Source of the DNA: a virus
Taxonomy: Duplodnaviria > Caudoviricetes
IMG/VR virus record: IMGVR_UViG_3300002484_000035
Span: 1-24,444 of that record
Length of the DNA stretch: 24,444 nt
Strand: one strand, 5' to 3'
The translations under genes and the position numbers were made by a program. The notes under the pieces are model-generated. The model did not search any database. It worked only from the letters and a program-made list of their open reading frames with translations, and had not been told where the DNA came from. The stretch's first letter is position 1; each line of letters starts with the position of its first letter. Of the stretch, positions 7,268 through 17,039 are shown in pieces.

Positions 7268-10200
7268 ATGGCTATATCAGTTGCTAATCCAACCAGTGTC
7301 GTAAAACGACCAATTATATCTTATTGGAATGGAACTAAATGGAAAGATTTTGTTTCCTTTCGGGGTACAACAGAAACTAAACTAACCGCTACGTTAAATG
7401 AAGCTTTAGATACTAGTGAAACAGATATAACAGTTTCATCCAGTGCCGAATTTTATACTGGTCAACTAATTAAATTTGGTTCTACCTCGGACGATAGTGT
7501 GGCTAATACCGAAGAATTGGAAGTGGTTTCTATAACAGATACTACAACTATTGTGGTTGCTGGTAGAGGAGGTTCTGGTCAGGCAGCAAGTAGTGGGGCA
7601 TCAATTTATGTTGCTGTCAGTGACGTTATCAAATGGGAATTGGTAGATATTTTACATAGCCCTATGAGGATGAAAGTAACTTTAAATAACTCTTCTAGGG
7701 ACCCTTTTTCTAATAGTGGCAGTAGTGCTAAAGGACCTCATTCTGAAAAACTCGGGTCTTTCTCTCCTATAAAAGTTCGGGATGGGGATACCCACCACAT
7801 ATATTTTTATGGGATAGCTTATGACTCAAACGATACTTATAAGGTTGGCTGGGGTCAAATATTAGAAATAACAGCATATGATTTTGTTCAAGAACTAAAA
7901 GATAATACGGGTAATGGGAATAGTTATTTATTGGATAATGATGTGGACTTATTTGATGCTGTTGTACCTCATGGCACGGGAGCCGATAATTTAAATATCA
8001 AACAGAGGCTGTGGCAAACAGCAGCTGACCCTCCTCAAGGGTACATAAAAAGTAGAAGTGGACTAATCAAATCTTTGGTTGCTGAGTACAGTCAAAATCT
8101 AACTACTCCCGGCGACGCTAATTCGGGAGATACAATAAGATTTACTGAATCCGTGGCTGCTCTGCCGAATGCTAATGTAGAGAATTTCTCATATCCTATA
8201 GGTACCCTGAGTTCCATTTTGTCACATATACAAAATGCGGCTGTGGCGGAGCCACATACTGCTGGGGACAGTACCGAAATAACACATGGTTATGATTATT
8301 ATGTAGATGCTAACTGGGGAGGAGCTACGGGGGTGGATACCTCAGCAAATGGAACAAATGCTTCTTTAGCAACTCATAAACCTACAGCATTTTTTAATTA
8401 TTTTAAGCGAGGAAACCGACCTTCTTCAACAGGTTCACCAGCAACTTATGGGCTAAGTGTTCATTATCCGTCTCCAGATTCTACTGCAGATGGGGATTTC
8501 TCTAAAACTACTATGAAAGTACCTATGACGTACTATGCTGTATCTAGACCCAAAAGTGAGGTTTTTACAGATGCTAATGTGACCTATGTAGAAAAAATGA
8601 CCCACGAGTCTGAAATAGAAGGGGCGGCAATAAAAGAGACGATAACCTATCCAGATTCTGGTATCTTTGAACTTATTGCCATAAAATCTGCGGCAAATTT
8701 TGATGATTTTGTAGATTTATTAGAAGCCTCTAATAAAAATTTAGAAGCAGGTGTCCCCGGTATAGAAAGTGCAGAATACTTAAAAGTTAAAATAGGGTTA
8801 TTAAATGATGGTGATGGTATAAATGCTTCAGACACAGCAGTTGTAGTGGATACCCCAGATGTTTCAGGTTTTTATGTGGGGCAATTTATTGAAATAGGGA
8901 CCGAGGTAATGAAAGTGACTGCAATTAACACGGGTACTAATACCCTTACTGTTACTAGAGGTGAAACACACCCATCCTCTCAAACATTACATTCAAGTGG
9001 TGACTATTATGAAGCAGTAACACCCGATGCAGACTCACATTCTAACAATGCAGAAATTTACGCCTTAGATGTAGCGAGATTACAATGGACTTCACTCCAA
9101 GGAGGTACTGCTACAGTAGCTTCAGATGCAACAGCCTATATATTAATCTCCGATGCTGACGAAAGAATAAGTGAAAACTCAACTTACTGGTCGGATGGTA
9201 CAACTTTTAAAGGTCAGACATCTTCTAGTGCGTCTTTTCAAATTAAGTCAAGACCAAGAAGTACTTATGCGGTAAGAAGAAGTTTATCTATGTCTCAAGG
9301 ATATATAAAAGACTCGAATGCTGTAAGAAAAATCGTTTTTAGTAAATTAGAAAGAAAAACCGAAGATATTGTAAGGGCAAGAATTCAAACCTATGAAAGA
9401 CCCTTTTTTTATTTTGATGATAGTCCAGCTAGTATAGATGCTACATCAGGGTCACAACAAACAATTAATTTATCTGCTAGTGTGAATCCACAAGCTTATG
9501 GTGTAACAGCGGGTATGTTAGTTGTGAAACTAGATGCAAATAATGCAGCTACAAACGTATATGGTTATGTAACCCAGACAACCGCTGCTACTGTTATAGT
9601 CACTTGGTCTTATGGAACTGTTTCAGCGAGTGATACATTAAGATATTATGTTCCCGTTAGGGCAGGCGATTATATACATGTAAGAAATGATTTAGTTAAT
9701 TTAGACCAAACGATGTTAGTTACTAAACTTGACCATAAAGATGAGGGGGGCGTTTTAGTCACCCGATTGGATACTGTAGGCGTAGCAGCATCCCAAAAAG
9801 TGGGGGGTGGGGCTAAACGTCGGGCTCCTGTAGACATGGCGGACAGGATTCTTGAAGAAGAACAAGCAGCAGACCAGAGACAAAGAGATGCTATGGCCCT
9901 TAGCAAGCAGACAATAACTATAGATAGCACCTTTTCAGCATCTAATGAATCTACAGTAGCTTGGACAGCTGGGACCATCTATATAGGTACTAAAAAATAT
10001 TCTATTGCAGCCGGTAATACGGGTACAATGTCTACCCAAGTTAGCCCCTATATTCTATATTATGAAATAGGGAACTCGACTTTTCAAATAAAAACCCTTT
10101 CTGCTTATGAGACGGTTTCAAAATATAGTCCTTTTCATGTAAGACTGGGGACAACTGAATATGATATTCCTTCTGCAAGTTGGAGATTGGCAAATAATGT

Positions 10201-12241
10201 ACAAGGTGCTAATGCAACAAAAATTAAAGCTGAATCTTTATTAAAAGGTCAATCTCTTCCTGCCTCATTATTACAAAAGGGAAACCAACAATCATCATCA
10301 AATTTAAGTTTTGAACCTACTGGCACTTCTGGTGAATATAATAAGATAAAATTTGGACAAAAGGGTTCTATAGGTAGTGATGCTACAATTTCATACGCAG
10401 ATAATACAACTGAAACGGTTGTCCATAGTGCCACAGCTACAGCTAGTTTGGGGAATAGTTCTACGGTTTCTGGGGGTAAGGTTACTCTAGCTGCTGGAGT
10501 TAACTATATATATAAAGAGGTTGGAAAACCTGAACTTACTACAATGAGAGTAGCAAATGATTCTACTTCTGAACAAACTTTTGAAGTAACTTCTACTTCT
10601 AATATGTATGTTGGACAAATGTTACAAATTTCGGAAGAGAATTTAACTGTTGCTAGTATTACAGATGGGGACACTGTTGAATTAAATAGGGGACAAAATA
10701 GTACTTCAGCACAAACGCAAGCTTTAAATAATGCTGCAGGTAACCCTGTAAAAATATATGCCGTAAATTCTGAAAACAAAACCCTAAAAATATCCTCAAC
10801 TTATTCGGACGTATATCAAGATGACCGAATGTTGTTAGCTACAGTTATAGTTCCAAGTTCAGATGATGGTTCGGATTCCCCATCTATCTTTCCATTTACA
10901 GGTAATGAAGCAACCATCTCGTCGGAATCTATTGCGGGTGGAGGTGTTAAAGCAGGTAATATACAAGCTAATTCGGTTACAGCAGCTAAACTTGAAGCTA
11001 ACTTAGTATTGGCTAGCAATATCAAAACTAGTGCTACAGTTAATGATGGTAGTGGCACAGACCAAGCAGGGTTGCTTATAAATAATTCAGGAATCTATGG
11101 TTATGATGCTGGAGGAACTGCACAAGTTAGTATATCAGCTACGACTGGAAGAGTTGTAGGGGGAGGCGGGTCGGTTGATATAAGTTCTGAGGGAGTTCGG
11201 ATTATAGATGATACTGACGATATAACAACAACTTCTTATCTAACCTTTGGGGGCTCAAATAAAAGTACTGCATCTGGAACAACACTTGCTGAAGCTTTAG
11301 ATACAAGCGAAGATGAGATTGATGTGGCGGATGGTAGTGTATTTAGGGTGGGTCATATAATTCTGATTGATAGTGAACAAATGCTTATCTTATCTATTGC
11401 TTCCAACACCCTTACAGTTACTCGTGAATATGCCAGTACAAGTGCAGCTACTCACACCAGTTCTACAGCTATAAGTATTATGGGACAAGTTACATCATAT
11501 ATGACAGTTTGGGATGGGGGTTCAGGAGCCACTCCGAATATGTACTTCTTAACAACTACACAGGAAGCAGGTAGTGGTTCAGGCTATAACACAAGCTATG
11601 CCCACCAATTAGTTATAGGTCCGGGTGAGGCAAACAAAACCATGTTTGTGGTACCTTCGTATACTGTAGACCTTGGGAATGATGGTGTGGTTTTAGGTAG
11701 TTCAACGCACGAATTTTGGGCTGTTTATTCAGCCTTACTTTTGGGTCAAGCTGGTTCAGCGGCAAATCCTTCCTTCTCTTTTAATGGAGATTTAGATACT
11801 GGGATGTATCGGTCGGCTGCTAACTATTTAGCTTTTGCTACAGGAGGTGCTCTTAGAGGTAGATTTTATAGTGGTGGGCTTGTATTAGATACCATGGGGA
11901 CTACTTCAGGCACAGATGTGATTGTTGATGGTTCTAACGTAGTACAGAAGAAGTCATCATCTAAAAGATATAAAAGAAATATAGTTGATATAGCATTAGA
12001 TTCAAACAAAGTATATGACTTAAGACCTGTAGACTTTGAGTGGAATGAAAAATCTGCTACAGATGGCAAAAAAGACATCGGATTGATAGCAGAAGAAGTA
12101 GCAGAAATCCTTCCTCAGATAGTAAATTATAATAACGACAAGACACCAGAAAGCGTTTCTTATGATAAACTATCAGTAATATTATTAATGGAAATTAAAA
12201 AACTAAAAGAAGAAATAGAAAAACTAAAGGAGAACAAATAA
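7268..12241 (+). CDS. Tail tip hub (Tal-like) fused to a central fibre/receptor-binding region with a C-terminal intramolecular chaperone (peptidase S74)
   Basis: 1657 aa after Dit. The N-half has hub-like motifs (IYFYG...LEITAYDF, PVRAGDYIHV...MLVTKL). The fibre motif GSAANPSFSFNGDLDTGMY is followed by the S74 signature SSKRYKRNI...LRPVDFEW...IGLIAEEV...SVSYDKL and a terminal coiled coil (from about 11954). Confidence 0.8.
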   Translation: MAISVANPTSVVKRPIISYWNGTKWKDFVSFRGTTETKLTATLNEALDTSETDITVSSSAEFYTGQLIKFGSTSDDSVANTEELEVVSITDTTTIVVAGRGGSGQAASSGASIYVAVSDVIKWELVDILHSPMRMKVTLNNSSRDPFSNSGSSAKGPHSEKLGSFSPIKVRDGDTHHIYFYGIAYDSNDTYKVGWGQILEITAYDFVQELKDNTGNGNSYLLDNDVDLFDAVVPHGTGADNLNIKQRLWQTAADPPQGYIKSRSGLIKSLVAEYSQNLTTPGDANSGDTIRFTESVAALPNANVENFSYPIGTLSSILSHIQNAAVAEPHTAGDSTEITHGYDYYVDANWGGATGVDTSANGTNASLATHKPTAFFNYFKRGNRPSSTGSPATYGLSVHYPSPDSTADGDFSKTTMKVPMTYYAVSRPKSEVFTDANVTYVEKMTHESEIEGAAIKETITYPDSGIFELIAIKSAANFDDFVDLLEASNKNLEAGVPGIESAEYLKVKIGLLNDGDGINASDTAVVVDTPDVSGFYVGQFIEIGTEVMKVTAINTGTNTLTVTRGETHPSSQTLHSSGDYYEAVTPDADSHSNNAEIYALDVARLQWTSLQGGTATVASDATAYILISDADERISENSTYWSDGTTFKGQTSSSASFQIKSRPRSTYAVRRSLSMSQGYIKDSNAVRKIVFSKLERKTEDIVRARIQTYERPFFYFDDSPASIDATSGSQQTINLSASVNPQAYGVTAGMLVVKLDANNAATNVYGYVTQTTAATVIVTWSYGTVSASDTLRYYVPVRAGDYIHVRNDLVNLDQTMLVTKLDHKDEGGVLVTRLDTVGVAASQKVGGGAKRRAPVDMADRILEEEQAADQRQRDAMALSKQTITIDSTFSASNESTVAWTAGTIYIGTKKYSIAAGNTGTMSTQVSPYILYYEIGNSTFQIKTLSAYETVSKYSPFHVRLGTTEYDIPSASWRLANNVQGANATKIKAESLLKGQSLPASLLQKGNQQSSSNLSFEPTGTSGEYNKIKFGQKGSIGSDATISYADNTTETVVHSATATASLGNSSTVSGGKVTLAAGVNYIYKEVGKPELTTMRVANDSTSEQTFEVTSTSNMYVGQMLQISEENLTVASITDGDTVELNRGQNSTSAQTQALNNAAGNPVKIYAVNSENKTLKISSTYSDVYQDDRMLLATVIVPSSDDGSDSPSIFPFTGNEATISSESIAGGGVKAGNIQANSVTAAKLEANLVLASNIKTSATVNDGSGTDQAGLLINNSGIYGYDAGGTAQVSISATTGRVVGGGGSVDISSEGVRIIDDTDDITTTSYLTFGGSNKSTASGTTLAEALDTSEDEIDVADGSVFRVGHIILIDSEQMLILSIASNTLTVTREYASTSAATHTSSTAISIMGQVTSYMTVWDGGSGATPNMYFLTTTQEAGSGSGYNTSYAHQLVIGPGEANKTMFVVPSYTVDLGNDGVVLGSSTHEFWAVYSALLLGQAGSAANPSFSFNGDLDTGMYRSAANYLAFATGGALRGRFYSGGLVLDTMGTTSGTDVIVDGSNVVQKKSSSKRYKRNIVDIALDSNKVYDLRPVDFEWNEKSATDGKKDIGLIAEEVAEILPQIVNYNNDKTPESVSYDKLSVILLMEIKKLKEEIEKLKENK

Positions 12242-12432
12242 TGCCAGATATAACAGTATCTTTTACAGATGCCCAATGGACCAGAATGCAGGCTGCTGTT
12301 GGAAACATTTTAGGTGTGGGGTCACAAGCAAGTGATTTAACTACAGATGTTTTAGAAACTCGATGGAAAAACGATATAATTTCCTCAGTAAAAAGCTATG
12401 AGCAAGAGCACGCAAGTCTCTCAGACTTCTAA
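12241..12432 (+). CDS. Small hypothetical protein following the tail fibre
   Basis: SD AAGGAG, TAATG overlap with the fibre gene, 63 aa. Confidence 0.6.
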   Translation: MPDITVSFTDAQWTRMQAAVGNILGVGSQASDLTTDVLETRWKNDIISSVKSYEQEHASLSDF

Positions 12433-12793
12433 AATCATACAGCATAGATATAATAATCCACATGATACACTTCAGCAGATAGGTGATACCTTTGATGTGT
12501 CTCGGCAGTATATCCATAAAGTATTGAAACAAAATAACATTCCTACTATTCGAGCGAAGAAGATGAAGAATGTTAGGCACTGTAAAATATGTAGTGAAAT
12601 TAGTACAAAACTAGTACATGATGGTTCTTGTCATTTCCAATATTACAACATCAAAGTTAACTGTGTTTATTGTCGTATACCTTTTTATAGAAAACGAAGT
12701 CAGATAATACAAAAGTATAATAGGGGGTACAATAATATATATTGTTCTAATAGGTGTTATTACAGAGGCAAAAGGAATGCCCCAAACACATAA
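12398..12793 (+). CDS. HTH DNA-binding protein with Cys-rich zinc-finger modules
   Basis: Sigma70-region-4-like HTH TLQQIGDTFDVSRQYIHKVL, then CKIC...H..C and CVYC...YCSNRC (treble-clef/TRASH-like). The start codon is uncertain because there is no clear SD. Confidence 0.7.
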   Translation: MSKSTQVSQTSKIIQHRYNNPHDTLQQIGDTFDVSRQYIHKVLKQNNIPTIRAKKMKNVRHCKICSEISTKLVHDGSCHFQYYNIKVNCVYCRIPFYRKRSQIIQKYNRGYNNIYCSNRCYYRGKRNAPNT

Positions 12794-12795
12794 AA

Positions 12796-12806
12796 TGTGC
12801 TAGAAT
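12796..12806 (+). promoter_or_regulatory. Extended -10 promoter (TGTG-C-TAGAAT) upstream of the sigma factor/replication operon
   Basis: TRTGn-TAGAAT consensus in the 12794-12859 intergenic gap. No good -35 box is visible. Confidence 0.5.
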
Positions 12807-12859
12807 ATAAGTACTGTAATAATTAATCCTATCGGATTTATAAACTAATAGATAAGACT

Positions 12860-13390
12860 TTGGAAATTGACGATAATTTAATATTACAGTGGGAACCTAA
12901 AATACAGAAAATGGTTTCAACTTCTTTTATTATAGGGCTTGATAAAGAAGATTTAGCCCAAGAATTAAGAATTGCCTTAGTAAAGGCAGCAAAATCTTAT
13001 GATGAAAGTCGGGGAGTTGTGTTTCATACATATTTACATACATCTTTAGTAAATACTATTAGAACACTAATAAGTAAGGCTCAACGCATACCCCTACAAC
13101 GAAGTATGGATATGAATTATGAATGGTCTCAAGACCATTTCTACATGATGCCCCATGCAATAGCTCGGGCTTTAATTTCCCCCGACACCTATGCAGAGGA
13201 GATGGAAGCTAATCTCTGGGTGGAATCACAAGGATTAGACCATAAAGAGAAGTTATTTTTACAGCTTAAATTAGAAGGTCTAACGATGGAAGAGATTACT
13301 GAAGATTTAGGGGAATCTGCATACAAGGTTAGACAGTCTCTCCGTGAAAAGTTTAAAGTAGAATCAAATGAAATTGATAGTTCTGGATAA
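12860..13390 (+). CDS. Phage-encoded RNA polymerase sigma factor (sigma70 family, regions 2 and 4 only)
   Basis: Region 2 EDLAQELRIALVKAAKSYDESRGVVFHTYLHTSLVNTI and region 4 LEGLTMEEITEDLGESAYKV. TTG start. Confidence 0.8.
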   Translation: MEIDDNLILQWEPKIQKMVSTSFIIGLDKEDLAQELRIALVKAAKSYDESRGVVFHTYLHTSLVNTIRTLISKAQRIPLQRSMDMNYEWSQDHFYMMPHAIARALISPDTYAEEMEANLWVESQGLDHKEKLFLQLKLEGLTMEEITEDLGESAYKVRQSLREKFKVESNEIDSSG

Positions 13391-13841
13391 ACTAAATTCT
13401 AAAGATTTATATACTCTATTTGGGTCTTTGTATAAAGAAAGGCATTCGGTTGATTATAAGGGGGTAGGGTTTATTGGTAACGAGATGCACAAATTAAAAA
13501 ACAGTATTGAAGAATTTGGGTCTGCACACGTAGCTTGTGCTATACTTAATTGTATAAACAGGAATGATAGAACAGTATCTGTGCCTTATTTTACAGCAGG
13601 AATTCGTTATTATATGGTCCCAGATAATCCAGAAGTCTATTGGGCAATAAAACGATATGGTACATCTAAAATGAAAAAATTATGGCGTGAATATATGTTT
13701 TTAGACTCTGTATGGTTACCAACATCAACAAAACGAAAACGACTTAGAGAAGTTATTAAAGAATTAAGGGAGTGGGCTTATGCCAAGACGGGTAAGACGA
13801 CGAGGAAGACTAATACAAAAACCGAAAAACAACCTGAGTGA
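13368..13841 (+). CDS. Hypothetical helical protein in the replication operon (possible initiator/loader, unproven)
   Basis: 157 aa, overlaps both neighbours, upstream of DnaB. Function inferred from position only. Confidence 0.45.
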   Translation: MKLIVLDKLNSKDLYTLFGSLYKERHSVDYKGVGFIGNEMHKLKNSIEEFGSAHVACAILNCINRNDRTVSVPYFTAGIRYYMVPDNPEVYWAIKRYGTSKMKKLWREYMFLDSVWLPTSTKRKRLREVIKELREWAYAKTGKTTRKTNTKTEKQPE

Positions 13842-14013
13842 AGCAACCTTTCGGGTTATCGCTTCTAGTACAAATGGAGACGTTTGGACAGAGGGCGAGT
13901 ATATGAGTTTTGCTGCTGCTAAACAGGCAGTTGACAGCTATAATACCCCTACAGTAGACTATTTAGTATATTCGGATAAAAATAGAGTCTTATATACGAA
14001 AAAAGGAGCGTAA
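13780..14013 (+). CDS. Hypothetical protein with a basic N-terminus
   Basis: SD GGGAG upstream, 77 aa, abuts the helicase start. Confidence 0.55.
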   Translation: MPRRVRRRGRLIQKPKNNLSEATFRVIASSTNGDVWTEGEYMSFAAAKQAVDSYNTPTVDYLVYSDKNRVLYTKKGA

Positions 14014-15261
14014 ATGTCTAATTTTGAATACATCGAATCAGCACTAGTTTTCGGACTAGACAATAAAACTAACTTACGTTCCTTCAAATATGTCGAAAAA
14101 GATTTTGCTAGACATGGGGATGCCTATAAATTTGTATTACATCATTTTGACAAATACGGAGAGTTTGCTTCTCCGGAAGTATTAGTAGAAAATTTTCCTA
14201 CGTTGGATAAAACAGCACAATCAGTTAATTTTGAATATGCTGTAGAAATTTTTAAGGACCAAGTGTTACAAAGAGCAGTTGTATCAACAGTTCAAAATCA
14301 ACGAGAAATGGTCAAAGAAAATCCTAAAAAAGCTTTGGCTAATTTAATGGTTGGGCTTACAGATATAGAAATCGTGTATGATGAAGACGTTCAACCATAT
14401 GATAGTGGTAATTTAGTTCGACTAGAGGAGTGGAAACAAAGAACTAAGAAACGCCAAATGGGAGACGGACTAATGGGAGTACCTACTAGTTTCAAGTCAA
14501 TTAATTCTAGTGGTGTTGGGTGGATGCCCGGTGAATTGATTGCTATGTTTGCTAGACCCACTATTGGTAAAACTTGGATGTGTGTACATGCGGCGGCTAC
14601 AGCAGTAAATCATGGTATTAGAACCTTGTTAGTCTCTACCGAGATGCCAAGCGTGGCTATTAATATGAGGCTGGATGTAGTTTTAGCTAAGATGAAAGGT
14701 TATAATCTATCACATAGAGCTTTACGACACGGAGAATCTATGGACGAACAGGAATATAGTAAGTTTCTTGAAGAATCGAATGCACAATCACTGTTGATAT
14801 GTGACCATATTTCTGGGCAGATGGGTATTTCAATTGAAGCTATAGCCGGATTGGTCAGGAAGCACAATCCTGAATTTGTAGTTATTGATGGGGTGTATCT
14901 TATTTCCACAGCGGATTCTAAAAAAGCAGCTTGGGAGCAATCCCACGCATTATTTTATGGATTCAAGAACTTGGCAACTTCAACAAATACTCCCATAATG
15001 GTGTCTACACAGGCAACACGGGATGCATCCAATATGTTCACCCCACCGAGGGCAGACCAAGTGGCTTTTGGAGATGCCTTAATAAGGGCTGCGGACGTAG
15101 CACTAGCTATGTGTGCTTTAGAAAACGAAGATGATAAGAGATTAGTACAGTTTCAAAAATATCGGGATGGTGAATTAGCCAAAGACCTAACGATAATGCA
15201 GTGGGCTGTAAATAATGGAAATATAGAAGAGTTACCCGATTATGAATGGGAAGACTTTTAA
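14014..15261 (+). CDS. dnaB: Replicative DNA helicase, DnaB/SF4 family
   Basis: Walker A ARPTIGKT, H1a STEM, Walker B VVIDGVY, H3 STQATR, arginine finger KYRDG. Confidence 0.92.
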   Translation: MSNFEYIESALVFGLDNKTNLRSFKYVEKDFARHGDAYKFVLHHFDKYGEFASPEVLVENFPTLDKTAQSVNFEYAVEIFKDQVLQRAVVSTVQNQREMVKENPKKALANLMVGLTDIEIVYDEDVQPYDSGNLVRLEEWKQRTKKRQMGDGLMGVPTSFKSINSSGVGWMPGELIAMFARPTIGKTWMCVHAAATAVNHGIRTLLVSTEMPSVAINMRLDVVLAKMKGYNLSHRALRHGESMDEQEYSKFLEESNAQSLLICDHISGQMGISIEAIAGLVRKHNPEFVVIDGVYLISTADSKKAAWEQSHALFYGFKNLATSTNTPIMVSTQATRDASNMFTPPRADQVAFGDALIRAADVALAMCALENEDDKRLVQFQKYRDGELAKDLTIMQWAVNNGNIEELPDYEWEDF

Positions 15262-15277
15262 GTAACAGGAGGTTATT

Positions 15278-15478
15278 ATGGGAATATTAAATTGGTTCAC
15301 AAGCAGTAATGGTGATGACGACAGTCATATTATTGTAAAATCTGCAAGAAGTAAGGGATATGGTAGACCAATTATTGATATCACAGTAGGCGATATAAGA
15401 AAAGGTATCGTGACAGATGAAAACGGATATCGTAATGAAGTAGTCTTATTCTTACGGAAAAATAAAAAGGACAGATAA
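15278..15478 (+). CDS. Hypothetical protein
   Basis: Strong SD AGGAGG, 66 aa, TAATG coupling to the primase. Confidence 0.6.
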   Translation: MGILNWFTSSNGDDDSHIIVKSARSKGYGRPIIDITVGDIRKGIVTDENGYRNEVVLFLRKNKKDR

Positions 15479-16341
15479 TGATAGATTGGTACTCCGTACT
15501 CACTAAATATGGAATTACGGTACCAAATCAAGAACAATTTATAATTCATTGCCCCTTTCACGAGGATAGGAGAGAGTCCTGTTCAATAAATTTAGAGAAA
15601 GGGGTATGGATTTGTTTTGCTGGGTGTGGACAAGGTAATTTAAAATACTTTATTTGGAAGCTATCAGGTAAATCTTGGGATGAAATAAACGCAGAATTTG
15701 AATCTACTACATGGGAACTAGATTTTTCTCTATTTGATAGTATAGATTCTGAAAGTACCTCTACTGAACCTTATAAAGAACCTGAAATCCTTTTAGATAT
15801 TCCCTCAAATCATTGGATATACAGGAGAGGATTTACTAAAGAAACCACCATGAAGTGGGGGTGCAAGGTAAATGAGTTTTCCGACTTTATGATTCCTGTA
15901 GAAAACCAAAAATTTGAAATGCTGGGGTGGGTTGCCCGTAGGAAACAAGCTATTCCAAAATATTTATTTTCAAAGGGTTTTGCTAAATCCCAAAGTTTAT
16001 TTGGAATCAACCAATTATTTGATACTAAAGTTTTATACGTTGTTGAAGGAGCTTTAGATTGTATGTGGCTAAATCAATTCGGTTATTCAAGCGTAGCAGT
16101 CTTAGGTGCTCGTGTATCAAAAATACAATTAGATTTAATAAGTTCTTTACATCCGCAAGAGGTAGTATTAGCTTTGGACAATGATGATGCAGGTAAGAAA
16201 GGTACACATAAAGCTACACTTGACATGGAGGGTAGATTCCTTATATCATATTTAGTATTACCCAAAAATTATAAAGACGTTCAAGAAATTAGTAATATTG
16301 ATACTTTACATAAGGTAATGAAAAATAAAACAATTTTTTAA
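15478..16341 (+). CDS. dnaG: DNA primase, DnaG type (CHC2 zinc finger plus TOPRIM)
   Basis: CPFHEDRRESC...WICFAGC zinc finger, PKY motif, TOPRIM VVEGALD and LALDNDDAG. Confidence 0.92.
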   Translation: MIDWYSVLTKYGITVPNQEQFIIHCPFHEDRRESCSINLEKGVWICFAGCGQGNLKYFIWKLSGKSWDEINAEFESTTWELDFSLFDSIDSESTSTEPYKEPEILLDIPSNHWIYRRGFTKETTMKWGCKVNEFSDFMIPVENQKFEMLGWVARRKQAIPKYLFSKGFAKSQSLFGINQLFDTKVLYVVEGALDCMWLNQFGYSSVAVLGARVSKIQLDLISSLHPQEVVLALDNDDAGKKGTHKATLDMEGRFLISYLVLPKNYKDVQEISNIDTLHKVMKNKTIF

Positions 16342-16353
16342 TAGGAGACGTAA

Positions 16354-17031
16354 ATGAGTGGAATAGCAAGAATTACCAAGGGGAGAGAAGAGGCTAGAAG
16401 ACCTCTACCTGAGAGAGCCCCCGGCAGAGAGGTTTGGCTAAAAGATGGAGACCAACTCTTTCTAACCTCTGTTGCTACCGGAGCAGAAAACGATATATTT
16501 CTAGATGAAATATATTTATTTACTTTTCGAGTAGGTAATAGATGGACTAATCTAATAAAAGATGAGAAGGTAGATACAAGTGGTGTACCTGAAGATACAA
16601 GAGCCTCACATAAATTTGCTTTTTGGGCATATATTCATGAGATTATACATACTGAAAAAAGAAATGATGAGTGGATTGAGATTGAAGGACCTGCAGGAAA
16701 AAAGGTTTATAAAGAAGAGGTTAATGATTTCAGGATTGTTTCACTAGGATTTGGTAGAAGTGATTATGTTTGGAATCAGTTAGTAGATGTTTATAGTGAT
16801 TGGGGTGCTTTGAATAAAGGTGTTCTAAGAATAAAAAGAACAGGTCAGGGTGCTTATGATACCTCTTATTCTATTACTGCAACACCTAAGACAGATGAAA
16901 TGCCTGCTGACAAAGAGAAGGAAACATCAGAATTACCTCTAATTAAAGATTATTACCTCGAAAGATATGGTAATACAGACATCGTTGATATAGCTACCTC
17001 AACAGCTGATGACGATGATGAATTATTTTAA
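16354..17031 (+). CDS. Single-stranded DNA-binding protein (T4 gp32-like)
   Basis: Between primase and polymerase. It has a WLKDGD N-terminal motif, an IKRTGQGAYDTSYSI motif and the acidic tail ADDDDELF. Confidence 0.75.
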   Translation: MSGIARITKGREEARRPLPERAPGREVWLKDGDQLFLTSVATGAENDIFLDEIYLFTFRVGNRWTNLIKDEKVDTSGVPEDTRASHKFAFWAYIHEIIHTEKRNDEWIEIEGPAGKKVYKEEVNDFRIVSLGFGRSDYVWNQLVDVYSDWGALNKGVLRIKRTGQGAYDTSYSITATPKTDEMPADKEKETSELPLIKDYYLERYGNTDIVDIATSTADDDDELF

Positions 17032-17039
17032 TTGAGGCT

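Noticed and set aside
7268-12241. Diversity-generating retroelement or invertible fibre cassette
   Set aside because: No reverse transcriptase or invertase is in the window, and I saw no long near-identical repeat pair differing at adenines.
13931-13944. TTGACA-GC-TATAAT, perfect -35 and -10 hexamers side by side
   Set aside because: The spacer is 2 nt instead of ~17 and the sequence lies inside a coding region (VDSYN), so it is probably coincidental.
5988-15134. Alternative-frame + strand ORFs 5988-6233 and 14931-15134
   Set aside because: They are nested in the tape measure and helicase genes, with no convincing SD or motifs.
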